From contig CP089274.1 in the NCBI GenBank assembly GCA_023920165.1, positions 3,348,001 through 3,412,000 of the forward strand: a stretch of DNA of 64,000 nucleotides, written 5' to 3'. Positions 10,839 to 20,637 of this stretch are shown here, piece after piece. A program made the translations under genes and the position numbers. The stretch comes from Curvularia clavata. Lineage: Eukaryota. The number at the start of each line of letters is the position of its first letter. The stretch's first letter is position 1. The notes beneath the pieces are model-generated. The model was not told the origin of the DNA. It saw only the letters and a list, made by a program, of their open reading frames with translations, and searched no databases.

Positions 10839-13223
10839 ATGGACCCCGAAACAGAACCACCAGCAGAGCTTAAGTGGTCTGCCCAGTACAGTCTTGCCAG
10901 TCCGACCCGTAATGCCCTCCCCGGCGACAAAGTCCTCCTGCCTCCCTCGGCACTGGAACAGCTACTCGCCGCAGCACCTGTAGTTCACGTCGACGCAAGC
11001 AGGCCGCACATAACCGCCTTTGATCCGTTCAATCCATACACCTTCAACGCTGAGCGACAAGCGAGGGCGCAGACGCAGGACCGATTCCAGCAGTTGCCAC
11101 ACCCGCTTACCTTTCGCCTCGTCAATCCAGATAATGGCAGGGCTGTTCATGCAGGAATCCGCGAGTTTTCTGCCGACGAGGGTGAGATTGTTCTGAGCGA
11201 CTTTTTGAAAGAGGCACTGGGCATCCAGGCGCGATCTGCGGAGCCGTCCAGGGATGCAAGTCCAAATGGCTTCACAGATCAAGACCAGGTCATGAAAAAC
11301 GGAGCCGAGGAGATGCCCGGCAGCAACAATATTACTACCAAAATCACGGTCCATGCTAAACAACTACCCAAGGGCACGTTTGTAAAGCTGCGGCCTCTCG
11401 AAGCCGGCTACGATCCCGAAGACTGGAAGTCGCTACTTGAAGAACACCTGCGATCAAATTTCACAACATTAACAAACGGCGAGATCTTGGTCGTATACGG
11501 CGGTCGAGGGGCTGGAGGCAAGCGTGAAGAGTTTCGCTTTTTGATTGACGGCTTTAAGCCTGAAGGAGATGGAATATGTGTTGTGGATACAGATTTGGAA
11601 GTTGATATCGAGGCTTTGAATGAAGAGCAGGCTCGTGAAACATTAAAGAGGATAGCAGCTAAAAGGCACCGTGCGCCTGGCACCGAACAGGGGAGTTCGA
11701 CCGGCGGCGCCATTGATATATTCAAACCGCAGACTGGACAGGCACTCGAGGGCGAGTATGTCGATTTTGAGCTTGCATCATGGGACAGATCCCAAGGGCT
11801 GGATATCTCGCTGGATGAAGTTGATGCCGAAGACGATATTGACCTTTTCGTCAGCCCGTACTCTTCACGCCAAAGGGTTCGCCCGCGAGAAGATGAGCAC
11901 GTTTTCGCGGATCTGTCTAGTCGATACCCGAAACACATACGTTTACAACCTACGAATGTCGAACTCGATGAGGCAGAAGCAGTGTGGATCTCAGTACGCG
12001 CGTATCCGTCGAACTCACCTTCCAGCACGCCCAAGCCTTTCCGCCTAAGAGTCTCGGTATTTGATCCAAAGAAAGAGACAGAAACCAAGAATGGAGAGTC
12101 GGCTGAAGATGCACCCACAGTAGGAGAGGGTGAGGTACAGTGTAAAAACTGCAAGCAGATTGTCCCCAAAGGCTCTTTGTTCCTCCACGAAAATTTTTGT
12201 CTCCGAAACAACGTTCTCTGCCCCCAAGGCTGTGGCCAAGTCTTCCAAAAGCGCTCGGCAGCATACCAGAACCACTGGCACTGTCCCCACGATACCTTCA
12301 GCGGCAACACTCCTCTCAGCCGCGAAAAGCACGACGCCTACTACCACACTCCTCAAATCTGTTCTTCATGCGGCCTAGAGTTTCCTTCGATTCCAACTCT
12401 CGCCCATCACAAAACCACAATCTGCCCTGGAAAACTCATCCTATGTCGCTTCTGCCACCTGCAAGTCGCGCAAGAAGGCGATCCAAACGACCAATCCCCC
12501 GAGCTCCTCCTCTCGGGCCTCACACCGCACGAGCTGGCTGACGGCAGCCGGACGACAGAATGCCACCTTTGTCAGAAAATCATCCGCTTCAGAGACATGT
12601 CTACGCACCTTCGCCACCATGACCTCGAGCGCCTTTCCCGTCCCGCTCCGCGCCTCTGCCGCAACGTAAACTGCGGGCGCACCCAAGACGGCGCCTCAAA
12701 AACCGGTGATACACGTGCTGGAACCCGCAAAGGCCAGGGCCCCGGCAACGACATTGGGCTCTGCAGTGTCTGCTTCGGTCCTCTGTACGTTTCCCTACAC
12801 GACCCAGACGGCAAGGCTCTCCGCCGCCGCATTGAGCGCCGCTATCTCAGCCAGCTCCTCACTGGGTGCGGTAAAGCATGGTGCCAGAACGCGTATTGTC
12901 GTACTGGCCGCAAGAATACGGGTCAGGGGGATCAATCGGTGCCGACTAAAGATGCTATTCCGCTTGTTAAACCCTTTTTACAGGGTATGGATGGGAAAAC
13001 GCCGGTGGAGGAGTTGACGCCTCTGCATTTTTGTGTCGATGAGAGGGCACAGAAGGCGAGGACCCTGGCGGAGATGTTGGCGGCGGAGAAGGGGATAGAG
13101 GGCAAGGGAGGTTATGGGCTTGAGTGGTGCGTTGCAGCGTTGGAGGCAGAAGGAGGGGATTTGGAGAAGGCGAGGAATTGGCTCAAGGGGTGGGCCCCGC
13201 AGAGGGCAGAGGTGGGACAATAG
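10839..13223 (+). CDS. UFD1-domain protein with TRAF-type zinc fingers and AZUL-like and UBA-like C-terminal modules
   Basis: UFD1 fold motifs GDKVLLPPSALEQL, HAGIREFSADEG, LPKGTFVKLRP, LEEHLRSNFTTLT and ICVVDTDLEVDI. Repeated CxxC...HxxxC fingers follow. ATG at 10839 is in GCCATGG context. Confidence 0.85.
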   Translation: MDPETEPPAELKWSAQYSLASPTRNALPGDKVLLPPSALEQLLAAAPVVHVDASRPHITAFDPFNPYTFNAERQARAQTQDRFQQLPHPLTFRLVNPDNGRAVHAGIREFSADEGEIVLSDFLKEALGIQARSAEPSRDASPNGFTDQDQVMKNGAEEMPGSNNITTKITVHAKQLPKGTFVKLRPLEAGYDPEDWKSLLEEHLRSNFTTLTNGEILVVYGGRGAGGKREEFRFLIDGFKPEGDGICVVDTDLEVDIEALNEEQARETLKRIAAKRHRAPGTEQGSSTGGAIDIFKPQTGQALEGEYVDFELASWDRSQGLDISLDEVDAEDDIDLFVSPYSSRQRVRPREDEHVFADLSSRYPKHIRLQPTNVELDEAEAVWISVRAYPSNSPSSTPKPFRLRVSVFDPKKETETKNGESAEDAPTVGEGEVQCKNCKQIVPKGSLFLHENFCLRNNVLCPQGCGQVFQKRSAAYQNHWHCPHDTFSGNTPLSREKHDAYYHTPQICSSCGLEFPSIPTLAHHKTTICPGKLILCRFCHLQVAQEGDPNDQSPELLLSGLTPHELADGSRTTECHLCQKIIRFRDMSTHLRHHDLERLSRPAPRLCRNVNCGRTQDGASKTGDTRAGTRKGQGPGNDIGLCSVCFGPLYVSLHDPDGKALRRRIERRYLSQLLTGCGKAWCQNAYCRTGRKNTGQGDQSVPTKDAIPLVKPFLQGMDGKTPVEELTPLHFCVDERAQKARTLAEMLAAEKGIEGKGGYGLEWCVAALEAEGGDLEKARNWLKGWAPQRAEVGQ

Positions 13224-13609
13224 AATATGCGTATGTTATGTGTACATGTAGAGAGTTGGAGATACCCCCAGGCATGATTTATAGACTTGTACTTGCATGT
13301 TTTCAAAGTATGCAGTGTAGTGTACTTGAAATGTCGCATCAGATGTCTCGCGTCATGTACCAATCCGTCTTTTTCGTTTATCAATTCCCAGTCGTATCTC
13401 CATTCATAAAGCTCTCTAGCAAGCTAACTACCCAAGCAAATGGCTCCCTTTAAAAAAAGATTTGCCTGTTTTTATCCCATATCAACTCCAGTAGTGTATC
13501 CCACACCTCGCTCGTAAGTGCCTGAATGCCAAATCTTCATTCCTCCTTTTTTCGTTCCTTCTCGCTACCTCATTCCGGGTATATTTCTGCTGAAACCCTG
13601 CAACGTCAT

Positions 13610-14615
13610 CTATGCCTTCTCCTTCTCCTCGGCCTCCCTAGAGTGGCGATCGTGCTCATCAATGTCACTATTCTCATGCGTCAGTCCCAATCCAATCTTG
13701 AAGCCCAGATACAATAAGAAATACGTACGTAGCCTCCCAGGGATAGTTAATCCAGACATCCCCCACAGTCCTCGCCGCAATATACCTTCCGTGGAGAATC
13801 TCCTGTGGGAGTTGGCCCTTCTTCGCCTTATCCTTGTTGTGCAGGACAAAGATGGAAAAGTTTGTCTTCTCGCCCTCGCGACCGAGCTTCTTGACGGCGG
13901 CCTCGACGTCCTTTTCCAACTCGCGGACCGCGTATTCGAGCGTTGTGCGTGTGTCGTCGACTTCGTCAACGATGAGGACGTTTTTGCCAATCAGATTGGC
14001 CATTTCGAGAGAGGACAGGTCGAGCCATTGTGTGCGGGTGACTTTTGTGCCGGGCGTCTCGACTTCGGCGTCGGGACCGGAGCCGAGTTGCTCATAGAGG
14101 GAGAGACCGATGGCTTGGATGGGGATGTTGGGGTTGCCGGGTTTCTTGAGGAACGAGCTGGGGTGATTGTGTTAGTGGCTTGTTTGGGGATTTTGTCATA
14201 GGCAACAGCAACGAGAATGCTGAAGCATACCGGAGAATGCGCGCAGGGACATAGCCTCCGCCGCCAATGGCGATCATGAGGTTGGGCTGGAATTCATTGA
14301 GGATCTTGTCGGCTGCCTCTTGGCACAGCTTGTGCACCTGTTCACATCCAATATTAGTTTCTGGCTAATGACTGGGGCCTACGAGTGCTGCCCCCAACTG
14401 GATATCACAGTGGCATGGTGTTGTGTGTGTGTGTGTGTATTGCGCTCACTCAAACACAGAGGCCATGCGACCCTCGGAAGCATATCCTCGTCAAGGCGCA
14501 AGGCCCGAAGAGAGCATATAGCGGGAGCGCATGAAGCGTGGGCATGCGCGGGGTGCATGGTTGTACATGAATAGCCACATACCTGGTTGTACGTAACCCA
14601 AACCTTCTCGACCAT
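13610..14615 (-). CDS. XPT1: Xanthine/hypoxanthine-guanine phosphoribosyltransferase (Xpt1/Hpt1 family), four exons
   Basis: Spliced MVEKVWVTYNQ|VHKLCQ...MIAIGGGGYVPARILR|SFLK...IQAIGLSLYE...PRPP motif VLIVDEVDDTRTTL...WINYPWEAT|DIDEHD...*. Confidence 0.9.
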
Positions 14616-14921
14616 TGTTGCGGATTGCTCAAGTTGCCTTTGCTCTAAGAACTGAAACGGGAAGCGATAAAGAAAGAAAACGTGGGCAAGCGATGGAAAC
14701 TGGATTTAAGAACAAGAAGAGAAAAAAAAAGTCAGTAGCCGCGGCAGCAGTCAGAGTGGTTACCTAGTTGGGCGGGCCAGGCTAGAGCGGCGAAGGCCGA
14801 AATTCTGTGGTGGGGGTTTCCCTGTGCCCCGCGCTGTCGGCGGGCCAATCAGGTGACGCATAGGGTTTTGTGAATGGTATGCCATCGCTGGTGGACTGCT
14901 TTCCGAGCCAAAACTGCCTCC

Positions 14922-16424
14922 ATGACCGACTTGATGCAAACCTTTAGGCAGCTCGATGCCCACCAAAGACAGCACTTCCTGGCCTGCTTGCCCGCCGAGC
15001 TGACGCCCTACGAGTGGAGGGACCTTCATGCCATCACCAGCACTCGTTTGTTCTACCTAGATATCATTGGCCGACTGCCCATTGAGCTAGTAGCCCATGT
15101 ATTCTCCTACCTGGATCCCGCTGCCCCCTACCGCTGCCAATCCGTCTCCAGACTGTGGCACCAGGTGCTCCGGAGCCTTGATGTGCTCAAGGCCCCCCTT
15201 CATTCATGGTACCAGGGCGTGCTTCCTCTCCGAGATGGCGACTATGCCTCGTGTGTGCAGACAGCTTCAAGTATCCAGAGATTCCGCGCCGGCAGACCAG
15301 TCAGCGTTTACAGAATAGCGTTAGACAACCACATGGCCGCCCCATGTCTGGTTGATGACCATCTGATATGGATGGGATGTCCTCGGCAAGGGCAATCACG
15401 TATGGCCTATGTGCTCAATCTGCAGACCTGGCAGCTTCGCTACTTGGCTGGAGAGGCACGTGAGCTTCTCTTGGGCCTGGCAGCTTCAGACCAGATTGTA
15501 ATGCTCAGCACCGCCAGCAACACTTGTTATGTCTTTGAACTAGACAAGGTCGGACCGCCCAAGAAGTTCAGTCTTCCCTCGAGACAGTTTCTGAGATATG
15601 TAGCTTGTCATGGCCGCACGGTAGCATGTGTTGCTTCGTATGAGAGGCATACGTCTGTCTTCATCTGGGATTACGATACACAACAAGGCACGTCGTTTGA
15701 CATCAGTCATGGTCCTGACTCTGTTTTTGCTGGCTACGGCTATGGCCATATAAAAATGAGGCACGTAGCCCCTATCGTACACCCTGAGACGAAGACAATT
15801 TCTCTCTTGTTCGTTTTTGGGGTCTCCAGTGCAACACAATCCCCTGACCACACGTTATTCGTGCTATCGGCCACGTACACTTTTCGGGGAGATTACATGT
15901 CTTCCTCTTGCCCAAGCCTCCCAAACGTGGATCAAATGATCTTTTGGCCCGGTAAAAGTGTTTTTGTTCCAGCAGATGATTCCAAGACGATCTTTAGCCT
16001 GCGTATGCAGGTATTGAAGGGGGGTCATGATGGCAGCGTCTCGCGCTCGGGCACCCTGGTCCTTCAGTTCAATGTGAAGACTCATGAATTGAGCGTGTCC
16101 AAAGGCTTGGGTGCAATTCGTTTCGATCACTCGGTAGCTTGGTGGAAAGACACATGCTATGGGTTCAAAGTGGATGGAGATATTGGAGACAGGGTGGCCT
16201 ACATGGGCACCTACGACACAGAAGCATATATACCAATCGTCTCAGAAGTAACGAGCTCCCAGGTGCATTACTCGGATCCTTTACTCGTCAACGAGAAGCA
16301 TGTTGTTAAAATCATGTCTGCAGGACGCGTCTACCTCGCCTGTTTCGACGAGAGCAGTGACCGACCCACTGGAGAAGGATCTTTTTTCGACATGGGAGAG
16401 GTATTGTCATACCATGTAGAGTAA
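14922..16424 (+). CDS. F-box domain protein with a divergent beta-rich C-terminal region
   Basis: F-box signature LDIIGRLPIELVAHVFSYLDP...CQSVSRLWHQVL in a ~500 aa uninterrupted ORF. Confidence 0.8.
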   Translation: MTDLMQTFRQLDAHQRQHFLACLPAELTPYEWRDLHAITSTRLFYLDIIGRLPIELVAHVFSYLDPAAPYRCQSVSRLWHQVLRSLDVLKAPLHSWYQGVLPLRDGDYASCVQTASSIQRFRAGRPVSVYRIALDNHMAAPCLVDDHLIWMGCPRQGQSRMAYVLNLQTWQLRYLAGEARELLLGLAASDQIVMLSTASNTCYVFELDKVGPPKKFSLPSRQFLRYVACHGRTVACVASYERHTSVFIWDYDTQQGTSFDISHGPDSVFAGYGYGHIKMRHVAPIVHPETKTISLLFVFGVSSATQSPDHTLFVLSATYTFRGDYMSSSCPSLPNVDQMIFWPGKSVFVPADDSKTIFSLRMQVLKGGHDGSVSRSGTLVLQFNVKTHELSVSKGLGAIRFDHSVAWWKDTCYGFKVDGDIGDRVAYMGTYDTEAYIPIVSEVTSSQVHYSDPLLVNEKHVVKIMSAGRVYLACFDESSDRPTGEGSFFDMGEVLSYHVE

Positions 16425-16682
16425 CCTTCACAAAGACGGCTGCGCCAGCTGATTGGCCACCGCACAGCGCGGGGCCGGCGATGGCATAGGGAAGGTTGGT
16501 CGAGGCTTCCAGTTCCAGTTCGGCAAGTGACGTCTGACAGGGGCGTCTGTGCGCCCACGCCCGACTCCCGTGGCAGCGAGTCAAGTAGCGAGGCGTGTGA
16601 GAGCACGGCCAAGTCAGCACTGGCATGGAAGGGAGAGACCAAAGTAAAGAGGGACATGGATGCTGTGCAGCAGTCGCAGCAT

Positions 16683-16718
<36 letters not shown>
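16683..16718. repeat. (CAG)12 microsatellite, intergenic, upstream of the HSF gene
   Basis: Perfect CAG run read directly from the sequence. Confidence 0.95.
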
Positions 16719-16721
<3 letters not shown>

Positions 16722-17576
16722 GCATAGCAGATAGCCCCGAGGGGGCGCATGGCGGCCGTGGGCGACCCCGCACCAGAAACGGCTGGTGTTTTCGCCAGAT
16801 TGTCGGCGGGCCCTGGTAGGCAGTCGCGCCGTGTTTCAGTCGCAAATGGGCCAGAGATGGTGTATGCTAGTCGTACATAGTAAAGTACAAGTATTATCAT
16901 GGGCGGAAATGGACACGACAAGCGCAGAGGCCTAGGGATCCCCCATGGTTCTGCGGCTGCGCTCCCGTTCCGCCCTCTCAGCTAAAGCCCGTGCCTCGGT
17001 GTAGTCTGCTCTGCCAGTGTAGTAGTGCATGTATCGATGGATGGATGCAGTAATTCTCTCCCACTCGCACCCATAGGCGAATCCGCCCGGACTCGGCGCT
17101 CGGCCTCTCCGCCATCTCCTATTCCATCCCAACCCAATTCCCACAGCCGCGGCCACTCCCGATCGACAAAGGAGCCGCCGTCTGCCATGCCGACAATTCT
17201 CGACCCAAAATTCTACCCTTCGCCCTCGCGCTAGCAAAGGAAACGCCTCCCACCCACACCACCACGCCTCTGCCTCCCACTGACTCCACTCCGCCCTCAC
17301 CTCCCCCCAGCCGCCTGAGCTCCCGCTCCGACTCGCCATTCTCGCCCTCGTGGCCCGAGTCGCTGTACCCCAACTCCGGGTCCCTGCGTCGAGTCTTCCT
17401 CTTGCACTGACTCTGTGCGAAACACCACTGAGCACCTCTGTCCGCCAGCTGCAATCCCACTCGTTTCACCCGCCCACTCCAGCAACCCTCAAAGACTCGC
17501 CGCCCTCTCGGGCTAAACTGCACCACCCCCCCAAGCCCTGCGCCTCGCCCTCCTCTGATCCCAACCCATCTGCGCC

Positions 17577-19755
17577 ATGGCTTCGGTCGCAGAGGCCCGC
17601 TCAAGTCCATTCGCCGCCGATCCGCATAACCCCAAACTTCACAAGTCGATTCCCATTCTGCCATCGTCCGCCTCGACTCTGGCGCCCCCAAGAGACCCCA
17701 TGGACGTCACGCCCTCGACCACGTCCTCCATGGGGCCCCCGGCCATCAACTGCCCGCCCACGACAAACGATCGCAATGCTCCAGGCTCCTTCCAGTCGCA
17801 GTCGCAGTCGCAGCCCCAGTCCCAGGCGCAAAGAGAAGGAGCCACCGACTCGGGCAACACATCTCCCAATGGCAACGCCGCCCCTGCCGTCGGCGCTGCT
17901 GCTGCCGCTCAGCAGCCAAAAGTCGTTCAAACCGCCTTCATACACAAGCTGTACAAGTGCGTGTGCCTCCAACCCCTGTGTGCGCTGCCCCTCGACCGAT
18001 GACTAACACAACAGCAGCATGCTCGAAGACCAGAGCATCCAGCATCTTATCTCCTGGGCCAGCACAAACGAAAGCTTCGTCATGTCGCCCTCGAGCGAAT
18101 TCTCAAAAGTCCTCTCGTACGTCCATCTGGAGCTATGGCCTTTTTACTCTAAAGACCCGTCCAACTCACAAGCTCTAGATCCTATTTCAAGCACACAAAC
18201 ATTTCCTCTTTTGTCCGCCAATTAAACATGTATGGCTTCCACAAAGGTCGGTGTCGGAGTATTTGTCCCTTACCGCTCATCACATGCTGACAACGTGACC
18301 CGTAGTGAGCGATGTCTTTCATACAGGATCCCCAGATACTCCACTGTGGGAATTCAAGCACGGCAATGGCAACTTCAAGCGTGGTGATCTGGTCGGCCTG
18401 CGAGAGATCAAGCGACGTGCCTCGCGACATGCGCTCATCCATCGCGACTCCTTTTCCACACCCAAACTCCCACAGGGACCCCCAGCGGGCCAGCCAGTCG
18501 AGCCAATGCCCGACCCCACCGAGTCGCGCCTGCAGAATCTTGAGCATAGTCTATATGATATGCACACACGAGTCCAGCGCTCAGAAGAAACATGCAACTA
18601 CCTGAACCAAAAGAGCTTGGTTCTCGCAGAGGGCATGATGCGATGTCATCAGGTGCGCAGTTCTGTCTTCTTCTTTCTCCCAATACCCACCTGGCTAACC
18701 ATGCTCATTAGTGGAATCACGACCTCGCAAACTATATCATGGCCATGGTGCCTGATCCGGAAAACCCTATCCACAGAGACGGTATGCACCTAGACTCGAA
18801 CCTTAATTGCGCGACACCTGTGCTGACCCTCGTAGTCGCCATGATGCAACGTGAGATTAGTCGACAGACGGACATGCTCCGCGCGCTCGAGGCGCCAGAG
18901 GAACCCCTCTCTGCACGGCAATCTTACTTTATGCAGGTGGACAGTAACAACAACGGCCCGCCGCTTTCACCTCGGCAGATGCCTCAAGACAATCTAACAG
19001 AATCAAGGCGAGGTTCTTTAGCGAGCGTTTCGCGGCAAGCGCCATACAAGCCCCCGGTTCCGGCACATCTGGCGATTTCTCCGCGACGGTACGGCTCAAT
19101 AGGCGCGGGTAATTACTCTCCATCTTCATCCAGAACCCCAGCTTCGCACCAGCCACCCCCACCACCTCCACCACCTCCACCTGCACCACCCGTTATCCAG
19201 CAGCCGGGATCTGGTGCTACTTTGGGAAGCAATCTGGCACCCAGCAGCTCTTCCCCGCCATACAACCTTTATAGGCGACATACCTCGGCAGATATTCGCA
19301 CTCATGGTTGGCAGCCACAACAGCAATCCCAACCCCAACAGCCACCGCCGCAGCAACAGCAGCCCAATGCTCCTCTCCACTCGCCCTATGCATCGGGTCA
19401 CAACTCTTCACAATGGCCGTCGTCACCGCACCGGCCCCCTATTGGAGGCGGGGACCAGCAGCTCCGTGACGCTTTAGAATCTTATCAGCTACCTCGCGGT
19501 CCACGGCAAGTACCATCGCGACACGGTACTCCGCCTGGGTCCAATGACGCTGCTCCGTCTACACTAAATTCTGATAGTGGCTGGACTATCCCAGGTGCTC
19601 GCTACCCTTTTAAGGGCATCGATACGCCAGGGCCGCCTACTAGGCGGTCCAGCATGGCGTCCAACGTGCATTCGCTGCTCAATCCTGCCGAGACGGCAGA
19701 ACGCGATGACGAAGACGATCCAGACGACGCACGCAAGCGAAAGCGTCTACAGTAA
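17577..19755 (+). CDS. SFL1: HSF-type DNA-binding transcription factor, Sfl1-like, six exons
   Basis: Spliced QTAFIHKLYNMLED...LISW...[39 protein letters not shown]...WEFKHGNGNFKRGDLVGLREIKRRASR. Followed by a coiled coil, a Pro/Gln-rich tail and C-terminal NLS RKRKR. Confidence 0.85.
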
Positions 19756-20369
19756 AGAACATATTTTTCAAGTCAGCAATAACTGCCATAAATTCTTCTC
19801 TTTTGCGTTCTTACTGTGAAAACGCGAGGCCTAGCTTCGAGCGCGTATTTTCTTCCTTTGAATATTCCTACCCTGGCCATTTCCTTCGCTACCTATTCTC
19901 ACATTTAGGAGAAAACATTTACAATCTTAGTATTTCGCTTTCTTTTCGCTTTTCCACTTAGGTCAAATCCATCATGTACGGGAAAGAAAAAGAGGAGCCA
20001 GCTACATACGGGGCATTGCAACTCGCATTTCAGGCCGCTTGAAAGAAGGTCCGTATCGTCGTCGTTGTCATGATCAATCTTTTTGTTAGTATGTGGAGTT
20101 GTGACATGTGGCAATCTTTTCAATCTTTTTTCTACCATGTTCCTCTCTCTCTCTCTTTCTCTAGTCTAGTTTCTATTCTTCCTCGGCGTTTTTGGTGTCA
20201 GCAGGTCTGCTTGTTGGAATCGAATGGAATGGAGATGGGGGTTTTTAATTCTTTGAAATCGTGTCAAAGGTATATGTATTTCAAGCAATACGACAACAAT
20301 TCACAGATCGTTAGTTCAAGTGTCACTCTTTTGTATGTCTCTTCACAATTGAGAAACGATGCAAACAGC

Positions 20370-20392
20370 TGTGTGTGTGTGTGTGTGTGTGT
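20370..20392. repeat. (TG)n microsatellite
   Basis: Perfect TG run. Shorter TG runs also occur at ~14422-14438 and ~33808-33826. Confidence 0.9.
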
Positions 20393-20637
20393 ATGTGAAA
20401 CTTCTGTTCATCCTATACCTGACCTGACCTGGCCTTGTGATTTATGCAAGAGATGGAGAAAGCGACCGACCATACTCGTAACCCCCAATGCCCAAAAAAG
20501 AAAAAAGAATATAAACAAAACAAGTAAAACGCCGCATTATCCATCGTCCTTCTAGATATATGCCCTCTCCTCGTCAAATTCCATATATACACTTCTACAT
20601 TCTTTGCCTCACCCTATGTCCCTCTTCACTCACCTTT

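Noticed and set aside
16527..16921. PolyQ/polyA/polyC ORFs
   Set aside because: They are translations of the intergenic CAG microsatellite in different frames.
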